Of a DNA stretch of 64,000 bases, positions 15,501 to 29,613 are shown piece after piece. This DNA is from Amoebidium appalachense. Taxonomy: Eukaryota; Protista; Ichthyosporea. The position numbers and the translations under genes were made by a program. A model generated the notes under the pieces. The model was not told where the DNA came from and searched no databases. It saw nothing but the letters and a program-made list of their open reading frames with translations. The DNA is taken from contig CAVNZM010000008.1 in NCBI GenBank assembly GCA_963693365.1, positions 7,574,830 through 7,638,829 of the forward strand, in the 5' to 3' direction. Numbering within the stretch: position 1 is the stretch's first letter; every line of letters begins with the position of its first letter.

Positions 15501-16248
15501 GTGTTCGAAATTACCAAAAAACGTTTGGTATTTACCAAACTTGTTGAACGATTTCCCAATCAATGTACTACCACAGCATCCTATTGATGAGCTTTTACGT
15601 TCTCTTAGGCGCTCCCTGCATGGTTCTTTTGGGCCGCTAGCAAGTAGCATTCCTTTCCATATTAGGAAACCTACGTCTCTGTCTGATTATTGTATTTCCC
15701 TGCCCAAGCTCAATGTTGCTTGGGCGGCCTTACACCGGCGTAATAATTATATATTTCATAACCGTAGCTGTGTCACTTCTGTGATACTAGATTCGATAGA
15801 AAGCACTTAGGCCGATGTAGCATGTTAATCCAGATTGTTCCAGTTTCTGTTCTGCTGCAGGCATTTACCCGCTCTCCCAATATCACTACCTTAGGCTTTC
15901 TGTTGAATTGCAAAAAGTATAATATTTTCTATGCAGTTTACTCTTGCATGGCTATTAACTTAGCAATTGTTGACCCCCGTAGTTGAGCTCAGGCATACGT
16001 GCAGCTTTTAGCAGTCTTACTGTAGGTTTCTCGTTTTTGGTATATCTCGTTAGATATCCGGTGAAGCTATCTCAGCGACTATCTCGTTGTGTCTATGGCA
16101 ACTGTACTATAAATCCATTCTTAGCCCTGTCTGATGCCCCGATCGAAATAAAATCCATCATAAAAAAAAAGAAAAAGATTTCCCAAGGATCGTCCAAGGG
16201 AATGGTAGAGCCCTCCTCCCCCCCCCCCCCTCCCCCCCCTCCCCCCCC

Positions 16249-16291
<43 letters not shown>

Positions 16292-17022
16292 ACACACACA
16301 CATACATACCCCATGGCAGTTAGCTGCAGCCCAGACTGCAGCCCCTACTTATGCATTCACTCATGATAAAACAGCATTGGCGTCGAGAAGTCCCAAAATC
16401 ATGGATATCGATTTTGATCATGAGCGCGAAAACATACAAAATTCTCCGAAAATATTCGAAAGTCATTTAAGTGAGCGTGCTTGTTCTGTTCCTTTATTCG
16501 GTGTTCTTGTTCAGCCATTGACCGTTGTTGTGTGCTGCCGATGGGAGGCCAGTACGCATCTGTACAGTTTTACGTTGTGTCTTCGTACGGAGCCTTTGGC
16601 TATACGCCGTTGTTGCTATCGAAAGTGTCCACAAAGTAGGTTCCGTTGTGACACGCGTAAGTTCACGCGGGTCGCTGCCAGTGTTCTGTACGGAGTCGAG
16701 ATAAAGCTATAGTATATTTCGGCTATCTACTCGGTCATCGCGGTCCTCGCCCTAGGGTCACACCATGATCAGCCTGATGCACGTGTACCCCCCCCCCCCC
16801 CCCCTCCCTCCCCTCCCACCCTTGCCTACCGAGGCCCGCCCCCCCCCTCCGGACTGGGCCCCCCTTCCCCGGCTGCCGGCCCCTCACCCACTTCCGGATC
16901 GGGGGCGGGAGCCTGCTTAACCGGCCGCGGCCACATATTAATACGTTGGCAGAGCACAGATCTGCGCACTCTTCGCCAAAAAACAACACACAGCGACTTC
17001 GGAGAGGGAGGGAGGGAGGGAG

Positions 17023-17106
<84 letters not shown>

Positions 17107-17216
17107 GGGGGACCCGGGGGACTGAGGGGGACGATCAAGGGTTTTACCAAACTTTTTTTTGCGATTACCAAAGAACCAGTTGGCCCCCCAATAATTCGAA
17201 ACAAAAATTCGAACCC

Positions 17217-17300
<84 letters not shown>

Positions 17301-17312
17301 TGTGTGTGTGTG

Positions 17313-17787
17313 TGTAAACAGTTGGACTAGTTAGGATAAGGCAGAGTACAACTGAATCAAAATAAAGACAGAGAACGGGTAGAAAGGCACACGCGGCCAG
17401 GTTGCTTTTACTATGGGCCGACTCAGTCTGTCTCAGACTTCACTGATGTGATCCCCGTACTGGGACGGCTTTCTTATATAGCCCCCAGGTTTCGGATCAA
17501 GGCCCAGGATTGGTTCATTGGCGGCCAGCGCGGGTGGCAACATGCCATTCGTGATTCTGGTGCGGTCCGAGCCAGTCAGACCTTTGTCCTATTTATGCAA
17601 ACCTCTTATTGGTTCACTTCGTTTATGTGGTATGCAGCGGAAGAACCATATATGGTTCAATTCGTAGGTCAGAGTGAGTCCTATTGGTGCGGACATAATA
17701 TTTATGTGATATTCATGACAAAGCACGAATCGTGTGCTAGTAGATCACATTCTTTAGTAAACATGTACAGTTCATGTGTACAGTTGT

Positions 17788-17792
<5 letters not shown>
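17313..17792 (-). mobile_element. Solo LTR (480 bp) of the LTR family at 42618-46239
   Basis: TG...CA termini with TGTAAACA/TGTTTACA inverted ends; near-identical to the copies at 39248, 42618 and 45759; lies between (TG)n and (GA)n, so no clear TSD. Confidence 0.92.
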
Positions 17793-17876
<84 letters not shown>

Positions 17877-19523
17877 ATTGGTCATATCTAAGGTTACGAA
17901 ATTACAAAAAGCCTCAGTAGTACTCCTTCTGACCGATCCCCCCCCCCCCCCCAAAAAAAAACAAAAAAAAACAAAAAAAAAAAACACACACCCCACCACC
18001 ACCACACATACACACACACAAACAGCATACGCTCTGCATTCTGATAGGCTAGGCCTATTCCCTCAACAAAACCTCGCCCACCTGCAACCCAATCCCTTGC
18101 CCCCGGCCCTTTCACCGTGTACCTCTTCCCCCCAACCACACTCACATATGCTGCCAATACTATCTTTCCCCTCCTCTCCCCCCACCTCTAGATCCCTACT
18201 TTTCTCCCCCCGCTCCCGGGCCCCCCCTCCTCCCCCGGTGGCCGCTGGCCAGCGCATTCAAACATAATTGTTTTTCACTTTGTACATCCTGGCGAAACTT
18301 TACTACTGCTACAACTTCTTTTCTTTGCCGACAAAATCACTGAGTAGAGATAAAGCCACACGGTGCTCAGTTTGAGTTTCGTCCCATGGCCATTGCAATT
18401 TCATATCCCAGCCATCCCCTCCTCCTCCTCGGCCCATCCCCCCTCCCCTCCCTCCCTCCCTCCCTCCCTCTCCCTCCCCACCCCCCCTTGCGCACCCCCG
18501 CTCCCCCTCCGTTCGAGGCTCCATCCATCCCCCTCCCAAGTCCTCCTCCCCCCCCCCCCCCCCCCCCACCACCACCACCACCACCGGTACCACTACCACC
18601 ATTACAGCACACAAACACACACCCACATTTGCCACCTCTCACCTTATATTCATTTTGCTGTGTTCCGCATTTTTGTATACGCGCAATTGTACAAACATGA
18701 GCGTATCTATCACGCGGTGACATGTTTGTACAAATGTGCATGTGCAAGCACGCATACGCGCGCACACACATTGTGAAATCAAGCACATATGCACACCCAC
18801 GCACACGCACACAACTATTGACAGTGGCAAACACATACTGGCACGCGCATACAGACAGACACACTCATACCATGTGTTTTCACACACGTGTATGCACACA
18901 CGTGTACGTGGCTCAGTGACACACACCCACACACGTGCACGTGCACACGCATGCACACACGCACAGACACACAAACACACATGCATACACACACGCGTAC
19001 AACACACACGCACGCACATACACACACGCGTACAGCACACACACGTCCACACATATACACACACACGTACACACACACGCGCACACACACACGCACACAT
19101 GCACACACACACACACACACACACACACGATCGCACGCAAACACACCTCCCCATTCATTCCCCCATCGACTCAGTCTTCCTTCGAATATTTTATCCCCCG
19201 AATGACCACACGTTAATGCAGCATATTGCCAAACGTACGTAAAACACCGTGTGTGGAGCACATGCGCCACAGTGGCGTCGGTAAGCTTGTATACATGAAT
19301 TGTCACGTGGATCTGATCAACAAATAGTCAATAAGCTTCCATAATGCATATGGGCACAGCAATGCTTGCTAACGAAGTAGGCATCGATGTTCCATTTCTA
19401 TCGCTGTGCTGACTCAGTGACCGTTTTTTTTTCCTTTTTTTTTTCCCCTTTCGTTTTCCACCGGCATCAACATATTTATCATGGTACAAACTCGAGAGCT
19501 GAGCATCGGCAATTAACTGTGGG

Positions 19524-20739
19524 CAGAGACTGCGGCGGGTTTTGGGCCGGCCTGGGCTGGGTCAGCCCAACCCGCAAAAGTTTCGGGCTGGAAATGGGTT
19601 GGGTTGGGCCAGCTGACCTACTATACATATATGGCAGGTCTGTTTGCGCAAACGACATATAAGGAGGGGGGTTTTAGAAGGGGTTTTCAGAGTACTGCGC
19701 TGCGCACTTTGTTTCTTACGTATACTCGGTTTGTGCCTCCCTTAATTAGTATGTTTGGATTGTCGTCTGCTGTTTGTCGTATGGAGGAATCGTCTCTTCG
19801 TTTTTGTTTTCATTTAGTTGGGATACCTGATGGTCACCCTCTTTGTGCTTTCTTTCCCCCCCTCCCTCCATCCCTCTTTCCCCCCGATTCACCAACCTCC
19901 ACTTCTGAATGTCCTCAGCCTACCCTCTTTCAAGCTGATCCTTCGAATTCCTCTCGCTATCTCACTCCCTCTTTCTTTTCTCTTCCTGTTTTTTCTGCCT
20001 TTTCGAGTTATTACCATACGCAGTATAAGTTTCTTTCTCGTTCTCATAGAGAAATCAAAGGTAAAACTCGGTCGGCATGTGTTATGTTCCTTAGGCAACA
20101 CCGTACTGATCATTATCGCTTTTTGGGAGCTTTGGCAGGATACATTTCTCCTGCTGTACGTATGGATACCACCCTAGTAGATAAGTCTGTATGGTGCTCT
20201 GATGTTGATATTGCCTGGGAAGTTGTGCAGTGGCATTGTAATTCTTGTTCCATCGCCGCTGGTGCCACCTTTGTGCTGAACTTTTTCATCGAAAGCATGT
20301 TGATAGGTGTGAGTTTTTATGTCGCGTTTTACCTCTTTCCCTACGGGTGTCTGCTACACTGGCTGGCAATGTGAACACTTTAGACTTTTTGTTAAATTCT
20401 GTTGGTCGTCACATTGAGTATTTATATGATTTTCACACAGTGTTCAGGTATCTCAGTATGCACTTGTTACTGGATAACGCGTGAAGTTTTTATTGTCTTC
20501 TCAGTAAGCCGTGCATACTTGCATATCTTTCCGTCCAATCATTGAAATCCAGTCAAAAGAAAAAAAAGTTTTCGTCTCCTGGGGGTTGCTATATAGTGGG
20601 TTAGGGGGGTTACATGGGATCCCGGCCTAGCCCAACCCGTTTAGTTTTCGGGCTGGGCTAGTCAGCCCCAACCCGAATGCTTTTCGGGCTGTAGTCCCGG
20701 CTGACTTACAGTGTAGGCTAGACCGCTCCATCATCTCTG
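19524..20739. mobile_element. Old hAT-like non-autonomous DNA transposon
   Basis: Imperfect TIR CAGAGA...TCTCTG; clustered subterminal motifs (cccaacccg, ttcgggctg) at both ends; degenerate 8-bp flanks ACTGTGGG/ACGTGGCA. Confidence 0.5.
20490..20567 (+). repeat. Short A-tailed retroposed fragment (LINE/SINE 3' end); second copy inverted at 31779-31851
   Basis: ttattgtcttctcagta.gccgtgcatacttgcatatctttccgtc...atccagtcaaaagaaaaaaa matches the reverse complement of 31779-31851. Confidence 0.75.
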
Positions 20740-21634
20740 ACGTGGCAGTGGGCCGGAACTTCGAAGATGGACAATATTGATGATTGGCTGATCATGACGA
20801 CTGTTGGTTATACATGCATACATTCGGTGGCAGGGAATATGAGAAGCTATAATGAAATGTTTATTTAGAGAGTACGTGGTCGCATGCATTGCGTGGTTCA
20901 CCAAAGACATGTACGCTGGAAGGTAGGAGAGAGCGAAAGATCATGTCAACTGGAGCCACGGCGTTTTGCTATTGGTTGCACGTCACAGGGGAATGTATCA
21001 ATAGATCTATTTGCGCTCACTTTTGTTCGTACTCTGATTCTGATTGGGTTATGGAGTGCTCGTGGTACAATTGCACAACGTGGGCCTTTCACCAATCAGA
21101 ATCGTCATCGGATCTTGGAACAAAAAAAAAAAAAAAACGGGTCGACTCCACACCCGCACAGTGCTTAGAATTTAGAATAATATGTGTAAAGACATCACAG
21201 TTAGTATTAATTAAGCGTATACTATCAATATTTAATTGAAAAATTGCATGGTCAAATAAACGAAGCCACTGAAAAGTAACCTTCTGCATGTCTATAGAGG
21301 CTCACTGTATTGCTCTGGACGTGGCCGGGATTGGAGATCAGTTTTTAGAATCCATTGAGGCACCAATCGTTGCGCGCGGAAATTTTGGAATGTTCGAATA
21401 GATTTGAACCTCCAGCACATAAAAACGAAGCCCCGCAGCCTCTCGACCAGCATTTTCAATGTAGCTAAGAATACAGCGGATTCGACCAAACTGTTTACAA
21501 CTGATTTTACCTCGTCAATAAGGCTTCATAAAGCTCTATACATTGACCACAAACCCGTTGACACCAGGCAAAGCGTAATTACACTTACTTACACATAACC
21601 AAGTATCATACAGCCAGACACAAAGACATTCAAA

Positions 21635-23050
21635 ATGGCAGAGGCTGCAACAAACGCCATCGGCAACCCGATAAGCACCGACTCAGTCACAGGAACAGTA
21701 ACAGCCGTCCCCGCGGCACCCACATCACTCTCCGACGCGGGGAAGAAGTCCCAAAAAGATGACCGCGCATTTGCAGCAGACGTAGAGGCACAAGGGGCCG
21801 GGTGGGTCCCGGGAACATCGGGCCCCTTTGGAGCCACTATGAACCTCATCAAAACGATGATTGGCGCTGGTATTCTCGCTCTCCCAGCAGCCAACGCGAA
21901 AGCGGGTTGGGGGCTCGGCCTTTTCACCCTCTTCCTCGGCGCTGCAATCACCTATCTTGGTTTCCTTTTGCTCACCAAATGCGCTGTGTGGATGGGCCGC
22001 CACCCTACCTCCTACGGTGGGTTGTGTCGCATGACGCACCCTAAACTCGGTCTGTTTGTGGACATAATTGTGATCGTCTCTACTTTCCTCGGTTCGCTCT
22101 CCTACCTTATTATCATCGGCGACCTTCTTCCCACCGTGGCGACGGCCCTCGGCGCAACGGACTCCATCATCACCAAGAGGAATTTCTGGATCACGCTCAT
22201 GTTTTTGGTGATCGATGTGCCCCTTGTTCTTCTCCCCAACGTCGACAAACTTAGCTACACCTCCGGTGTCGGCGTGGCCAGTCTCGTCTACGTTGTCATT
22301 TTGTGCATTGTCATTTACGCAAACGTTGGCTCCGATTCTCCGATGGCTGCTTTCGACCCGTGCAACGGTTATGCAGCGGGCGCCGTGTGCCAGGGTGATA
22401 TTGTCGCAGCCACCGGCCCGCTCGGCGTTCTCGCGGCTCTCCCGACGTTCGTCTTTGCGTACAATGCGCACTTTAACCTTTTCGCTATATACGACAGTTT
22501 GCAGAAGCCCACGTACAAGATTACGCACGCCGGCGTGGTTGTCCCGACGACCGCGTTCGCCATGTGTGTGTACGGAGTCTTTGGGCTTTTGGGCTACCTC
22601 ACCTGAAGTGCCGTTTCCTCAAACATCCTCACGAATTTCCCCCCCACGGCGCCTGTTACCGTCGCGCGCGTTCTCATGAGTTTTGTCGTCGCCGTGACTT
22701 TCCCTCTCTACATTCACGCCGTGCGTGTTTCCATCATGAATGTCGCCGACACGTTTTCGTTGGGTGGGAAGCAGTCGGTGCGGGCTGCGAGAATCACGTG
22801 GTGGTTGTGCACGATCTTGTGTTTGGCCGTCGCTTACGGTGTCGTGTTCTTCGTCACGGATCTCGGCCTTGTGGTGAATCTGATTGGTACGGTTGCCGGT
22901 GTTCCTCTCCAACTGGTGCTCCCCGGCGTTTTCTACCTTAAGGCGTTTAAGGAGGATAGGGGGCCGTTATATTGGCTCGCCGTTGCTCTGATCGTGTTTG
23001 GCGTCATTTTCCTGCCTTTCTCTCTGTATTGCATGTTTGGCAACATTTAA
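21635..23050 (+). CDS. Amino acid transporter, AAAP/SLC38 (Aa_trans) family, ~471 aa, interrupted by an in-frame TGA at 22604-22606
   Basis: NLIKTMIGAGILALP, SYGGL, YLIIIGDLL, FVFAYNAHFN and GYLT*SAVSSNILTNF motifs; multiple hydrophobic helices; ORFs 21635-22606 and 22676-23050 are in the same frame. Confidence 0.9.
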
Positions 23051-24073
23051 TAACTAGCGTTATATCGTTTAATTATTATAGCAGAGAGAAAGAAAGCGGG
23101 GAGGGGGGTTAGGCATTAAATAATTGTCAATAGCTTGCTGGGCTTAGAAACAAACTTCCGTATTGGCGCGAAATGAGCGAATCACAGTGACTCACCTAAT
23201 AAGGCATTTTTTAATAAGTCGAACGAATCTTATGATAGCTTAGTATGAACGAATTTTATGTGGTTCGCTATGCATGCCATAAGTATGCGGCAGATACAGC
23301 CATAATACTGCAAACGACAGCAGGCCCAAACCATAATAAAAATTAAAAGTTAAATTTAAAAGTCAAAAGATAACCCTTTATAATACATGGCGAATGAGGC
23401 CGGCCTTAATCCAAAATCCTCCCCCCTTATCCCCTTTCCCCCCCCACCCCCCTCCCGGCCCCGCTCCCTCTCTCCCAACTTCCCCTCTTTTATAGTTCCC
23501 TTCTCCGACTAATCCCTTCTCCACCATCTGATCCCTGCCTCCCCCTTCCTGCCCCCTCTCCTCCCTTCCTCCTATTCACTCCGTTCAACCCCCCACCCCC
23601 CACCCCCTCCCCCTAACCCCACCCCACCCCCCCCACCCCCAGGTTCCAGTGTCTATTCTCTCTAACTCCCCCTACACCCGCACACGCACACACGCACACA
23701 CGCACACACGCACACACGAACACACGCAAAACACCTCTGGTCCTTTACGACCTCTCTCTTTTAACCACCTGCAACTCTCTACCGCCGCAATTTCCCGTGA
23801 AGAATCGGAAAAGGCAAAAAAAATCAGAGTTCCGCACTTTCGACACCACTCATCCGGATGTTTTAGAACACCATGTTCCACATGTCATATGACACCAACT
23901 CCACGTGGCACTCCGTCACTTCCCTATCTTAAACACTAATCAATTCCACCATTGCCACCCACCCCCTCCACATGCCCCCCCACCCATCCACCCACCCACA
24001 CACCCACCCACACACACACGCACGCGCGCGCGCGCGCGCAAGTGCGCGCCCACACACACACGCGCGTGCACCC

Positions 24074-24216
<143 letters not shown>

Positions 24217-24309
24217 CACCACCACCACCACCACCACCCCTCACTGGCCCATGCCCTTTGAAGTTCGATGATCACATCTTGCAATAGGGACCCTCCCTTC
24301 CTCCCTTCC

Positions 24310-24349
<40 letters not shown>

Positions 24350-25747
24350 ACCACCACCACCACCAAATTAGCAATCCACACATCCACTTTCGATACATAT
24401 ACATAAGCAATGGACATGCCTTCCCAAAAGCCTGCATTTATGCCCTCTTTCGTTATGTTGTTTTTACCCTCAATCCCCCCCTTCCTAGGGCCAACTAGTC
24501 ACAACCGAAAAAATTAGTAAAATTTTAAGCTGGAATTGCGGATTCAATCAAACGGCTTGAAATTTTGAAGTGGAATTGCGGATCCAATCGATTCATATGA
24601 CTTTAGATATTCCGATTCCCGCTTGCGTCCAATCAATCGATCAACGGCGCTGAGCCGGGTCCACCTGATTCGTTTGAGCCAGAGTATGACAAACATATTT
24701 ATCTTGAAGCGTCGACGCCGTCGCAGTCAGAAGGTAGACAAAAAACATTCAACAACCATATATTTATCATGTTTTCTAAAAATCTTTTTATGTAATATAT
24801 TTTCTTATATTTGGCTGTTGTTGTGCAATAAATACATATTATATAGCATAAAAAAGATGCCGCTTGTGCACGCCATGATTTTGTGCTGAAACCAATTTCT
24901 GTTGCCCTACTCTCAAAAAACGGCTTGATCGGATTGACGGAAATGGAAGGAGATCGGAATGCAGCCGCACCCGGTCCCGGCGTTATAACTATTCGGCCCT
25001 ATGCCCCCTTCCATCCCTCCCCCCTCCCCCCCCTCCCCCCCCCCCCTCCCCCCGCCCCCGCCCCCCGCTCCCTCCCCAACCCTAACTTTATTCTCCCCTT
25101 CCCCACCTCAAATCCTTCTAGCTCTTGAATATTGTAGTCTTGCCTCTTTCACCCTGCCCCCCCACCCCCCACCCCCCCCACACACACAACCTCCCCCCCC
25201 CCCCCCCCCCCCCCCCGTATACACACACATAAAAAAAAATACACGCACACCCACAGACACGGCCCGTCTCTCCTCGAAGAAATGTGTTTCAAAACCCCCT
25301 CAGCTGCCCTCCCACCTGTAATTTTCTGATTTACCGCTTAATCTCAGCTGTCTTTTCGGTCCGTCCGTCCGTCCTCCCCCCCTCGCCCCCCACTCCCCCT
25401 TCCCCTCTACGGCAACCAATGGGTGATGGAATGAATAACCCCCCCCCCCCCCCCCCCCTCCCCCCATCCCTCCCAAAAAAAAAAAAAAAAGAAAAAGAAA
25501 AAGACGAAAAAAAGTGAGAGAGAGAGAACAGGGAGAAATAAAGGAAAGGAGAGGAAAGAAAAGAAAATATTCGCCCCAACCATCAGCACACACACACACA
25601 CACACACAACGCGTGCGTGCGCACACACACACACACACAAACACACAAACACAAACACACCGAATTTCAGCAAACCCCACCAAAACGGTGTGCCTAGACA
25701 AGCATAACCCCTCTCCTCCCCCAATCCCCCCTCCCCCCTCCATCCCC

Positions 25748-25779
<32 letters not shown>

Positions 25780-26106
25780 AAACAAAAAAAAAAACACACT
25801 TACACACACCCAAGAACTCTTCCCCTCCCCCAATATATGCTCTCACGGCCAATCCCTCCCATTCTTCTCTGTCTCACCTGCTCCTCCCCCTTCCCTCCCT
25901 CCCCTCCCCCCCCCCCCCCAACCACACACACACTCTCTCTCTCCCCCCCCTCCCCCCCATACAAACCAACCACAACCCACCCACCCGCCCACCCAACCGT
26001 GCCCAGAAACCGGCACCTAGGTATTTATGTATGCCCGGATACAAAAAATGTTTGGGCAGAGCTACTATGTGGGCTAGGAAGGGAGGGAAGGCAGCCCTCC
26101 TGCCGG

Positions 26107-26174
<68 letters not shown>

Positions 26175-26495
26175 AATAGTACGCAAGGCCTTCGAGCTCG
26201 TTGAAATACGTGGTGATTGGGTTTGTGTGTTCTTGCTGGGTTTCTTTTTCAAGTGATCTTTCATTCTCTCTCTCCCTCCTTTCTTGGGCACTTACCGGCT
26301 TAAAATCCCCCCCTAATTAAGATTTCTCCCCTACCTACCTACCCCTCCTAGTATAAGAGTAGAGAGACATAGGGACACTCCCCCCCTCAAGCTGCGAGAT
26401 GAAGAAGGGTGGGGGACCAGACCAGTACTGGTATGGGGAGTAGGAAAAATAAAGAGGGGGTTGGGGGGGGGGGGGGGGGGGGGGGGAGGGGGGAA

Positions 26496-26535
<40 letters not shown>

Positions 26536-26704
26536 GGGCCATGGCCAACTTCCAAAAAAGAAAAAAAAGTGGGAGGGAGGGGGGATCCGGAGGGGTTGGG
26601 TGGGGTGGGTGGGAGGGGGGGGGGATGTGTTAACCGTCAAAAAAAAAAGACACAAAAATAAAGAAAACATCAGAAAAACAAGTACGCGTGCTCTTCTCTT
26701 TGCT

Positions 26705-26764
26705 TTTTGATGGCAAAGCTGGGAAATAGGTCTGTTTTAATGGCAAAGCTGGGAAATAGGTCTG
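26705..26764. repeat. 30-bp tandem duplication (tttt.atggcaaagctgggaaataggtctg x2)
   Basis: Directly visible. Confidence 0.85.
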
Positions 26765-27394
26765 CTACAAGGAACCCCCCGAGCACGCTGCTACATTCTG
26801 CTCCGTGCCGGATATATTTACAAACATGACCTGACATAGCCGCTATTTCACCTACCGATTTTCTTCTGACATTTGACTATCCACATTGCCTTATTTGATC
26901 GTGCATTGTGTGAAAAAAGACCTCCAGCTATTCATGAATAGATCATAGCGAATATACCACCGGTATTCTCAAGAGCTACACAACGGTTGATTCTATTCGT
27001 TTTTATTGGTATTTTTTCGCCTCTGCTAAAGTTAAACCCCCACCCCTCCCCTCCCCTCCCTCCCCCCCCTTTGGCCTCTCAAATTCCAAGCTTACTCCAG
27101 CGGGCGCAATCTAAGCTTTCATTCTTAGGTCAACCTTCATTCAACTTTGCTGTTTCTTGCAGGTGTGTGCATGTGTGTGTGTGTGCTCGTGTGTGTGTGC
27201 TCGTGTGTGTGCGTGTGTATAAGTTCGCATGTTCGCGCGCGTATGCGTGTGTGTGCGTGCACACGTGTGTGTGTGTGTGTCGATTTCAGAGAGAGAGTGT
27301 GTGTGTGCATGTGTACCGTGTGTATATGCATCGTAGAACTCGCTGGCAACTCCGGTTTACATATCCTGAGTTCGTTGAAAATACAACCTTGCGT

Positions 27395-27470
27395 ACCGAG
27401 TCCACTTCTCAGACCTGAACCGAATCTACTACCTCAGACCCGAACCGAATCTACTTTCTCAGACCCGAAT
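27395..27470. repeat. ~25-bp tandem repeat x3 (accgaatctact..ctcagacccga)
   Basis: Directly visible, just downstream of the stop codon of zinc-finger paralog 2. Confidence 0.8.
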
Positions 27471-27564
27471 CAGGGCGACAAAAGGAGACAAGATGGTCAG
27501 GGACCGAAGAATAAATAGACGAGGATATGTGTCATTGAAAATTCGTGCCCATCGAGGGGGGGAT

Positions 27565-29613
27565 TCAATCCAAAACTTCGTTTGCAATTCTCACAATCTC
27601 GCTAATTTCCTCAGCCAGAGTGACGGGGTCAAACAGCAAATCATGGAGCCCATCGTCCAGATTGGGCTTAGACCTCCCCCCCGACCCGTAATCGGACGTT
27701 CCGCAACGCCGATCCACCAATCATTGCTCCTGTTTGACACTGCTCCGAAGCTATCACGACTGGTGGTTGAAGTGATGTTGCTCGTGGGTGTTTGGGGAGC
27801 AGAGGTTGAAATTTGGTGGTGCATAAGAGAGGTCTGTTTCCGCGAAAAGGACGAGCCGCTCGAAAATTTCGGGGAGAGAAGGTTTTGTGAGGACGCGCGT
27901 CCCGACCCGGAGGACGCGAAAACGTCAGACGGGAGGAGATATTCGGACAGGGGGGATCCAACGTCGCTTCCGGAAATTTGGGATGAGCTGTCGCTCCGAT
28001 GTCTTAGAGACGAGGTTGTATCAGACCGGAGCTCAGAGAGAAGATTGAGATACGGGTGCGACCTGTGCCTGGAAGATTGCACGTTGGATAGATTTGCAGC
28101 TTTCGAAAAAATGACCGAGGGGGGGTCGCTTCCGATCGCAAGCGGCGCGGAAAGAGGGGCGCTGCTATTGCCTAATCGGGAAGGTAGCGCACCGAAATCG
28201 TCACCGAAAACACTGATGGTGTCGGCGGAGCCAGGTAGGGAGCTGTTTCGGCGACGAGGGGTTTCATCATCCAGCCCGTGAAAATCTAGAAAATTCATGG
28301 GGTTTGCCGGCGAAAAATCGGCGACGTGGAATGGGGATGAGGTGTTCTTTGCCACCACCGTAGGTTGGTTCATTGGCGCGGTGGGGTTTGACCTGCATAA
28401 AACAAACAGGATTGTGTTAGTTCGTTGTCCCCGGCAACAGTTACGTGCTTGGAGAACCAACCCGTACTACTAGGATCATAAATATACACGTCTTTTAACC
28501 CTTATCCACACAACCATCTGCTTAGCCATATACACCAACCCCCCCCCTTCTCCCCCCCTCTCGCCCCCATCGCGCACTCACATACATACATCGTATCAAC
28601 ACCGTGATTTACGTACCCACCCATATGCATGCACACACATACACCCAAGACACACGCCGGACAGTAGCATCCACACACCAATACAAACAGAGTGCGTGCA
28701 TGCGCATGTTATGTGTGTGAGCGTGTAGCAAACACACACACACACGCGTGCAGCCACAGGCTACATAACCACCAATAGAACTGAAAAAGCCAAAGCTACG
28801 AAATAAAAATAAAGCGACAATTTGCGCCCAAACACACACGCACACATGCGCACGCGCACACACACACCCGTGCACACACACACGCACACACACACACACG
28901 CGTGCACACGCACACACGCACACACACATGATAAGTCGACCGCGAGCCACATAAGTGGCTCATTTCAGTCGAAATAGCCACAAAAGTGGCTCGTTTCGGA
29001 CGACCACCCCTACAGCTTAGTGTCGAGAGTCGCACACGCTTTCTTGGTATGCCCAATTAGCTGCTGAAGTTTTCTGCCTTTTTCGTCTCTGGACCAAGGT
29101 GATTGGTAAATAAAAGAGGGTGCCAGCACTTGCCAATGAACAAGGGGTATCGTGGTTTTTCGCATTCTTCGCGATCGGCCATTTTCCAGATCGAATTCGG
29201 CCCGGATTCCGCCGGAAGAGGATGAACCCCTTGAAAACGCTACATAGTGAACTCGATGAAAACGCAACAAAAAGCCTTGAAATTTTGTCACTCGCATGCC
29301 AACACTATTTCCTTTGTTTTTCAATATGCCTTTGGGGGTGCTGGGCACCTTCTAGTCTACATACCGTGTATATTAATGGAGAAAATGCTAGAAAAATTCG
29401 TTTTGCAGTCACGTGCGCTACTTTCCAAGCGCTAATGAGCTATGGTAATTTCCAAAAACCTACGCAATCTTGGTGTCTACGTGACCACCGTGAAGTGAGG
29501 AACACGCCTGCTGTGTTTGTTTTTTGTGTTCGTGCGTGTTGCGCTATAAATAGCGCACTTACGCAAAACCCACATTCGAGCCACAAAAGTGGCTCAGATC
29601 GGCGGTCGACTTA

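Noticed and set aside
15541-16140. Possible decayed LINE 3' coding remnant on the minus strand
   Set aside because: Only vague similarity; no diagnostic motif recovered.
17448-17891. Recurrent ORF MIPVLGRL... (also at 39110, 42718, 45859)
   Set aside because: It is the antisense reading of the LTR sequence; recurrence reflects the repeat, not a gene.
19604-20374. 256-aa ORF inside the hAT-like element
   Set aside because: No recognisable domain, non-ATG start, and no transposase motif found on either strand.
27493-28281. 262-aa plus-strand ORF
   Set aside because: Antisense shadow of exon 2 of zinc-finger paralog 2.
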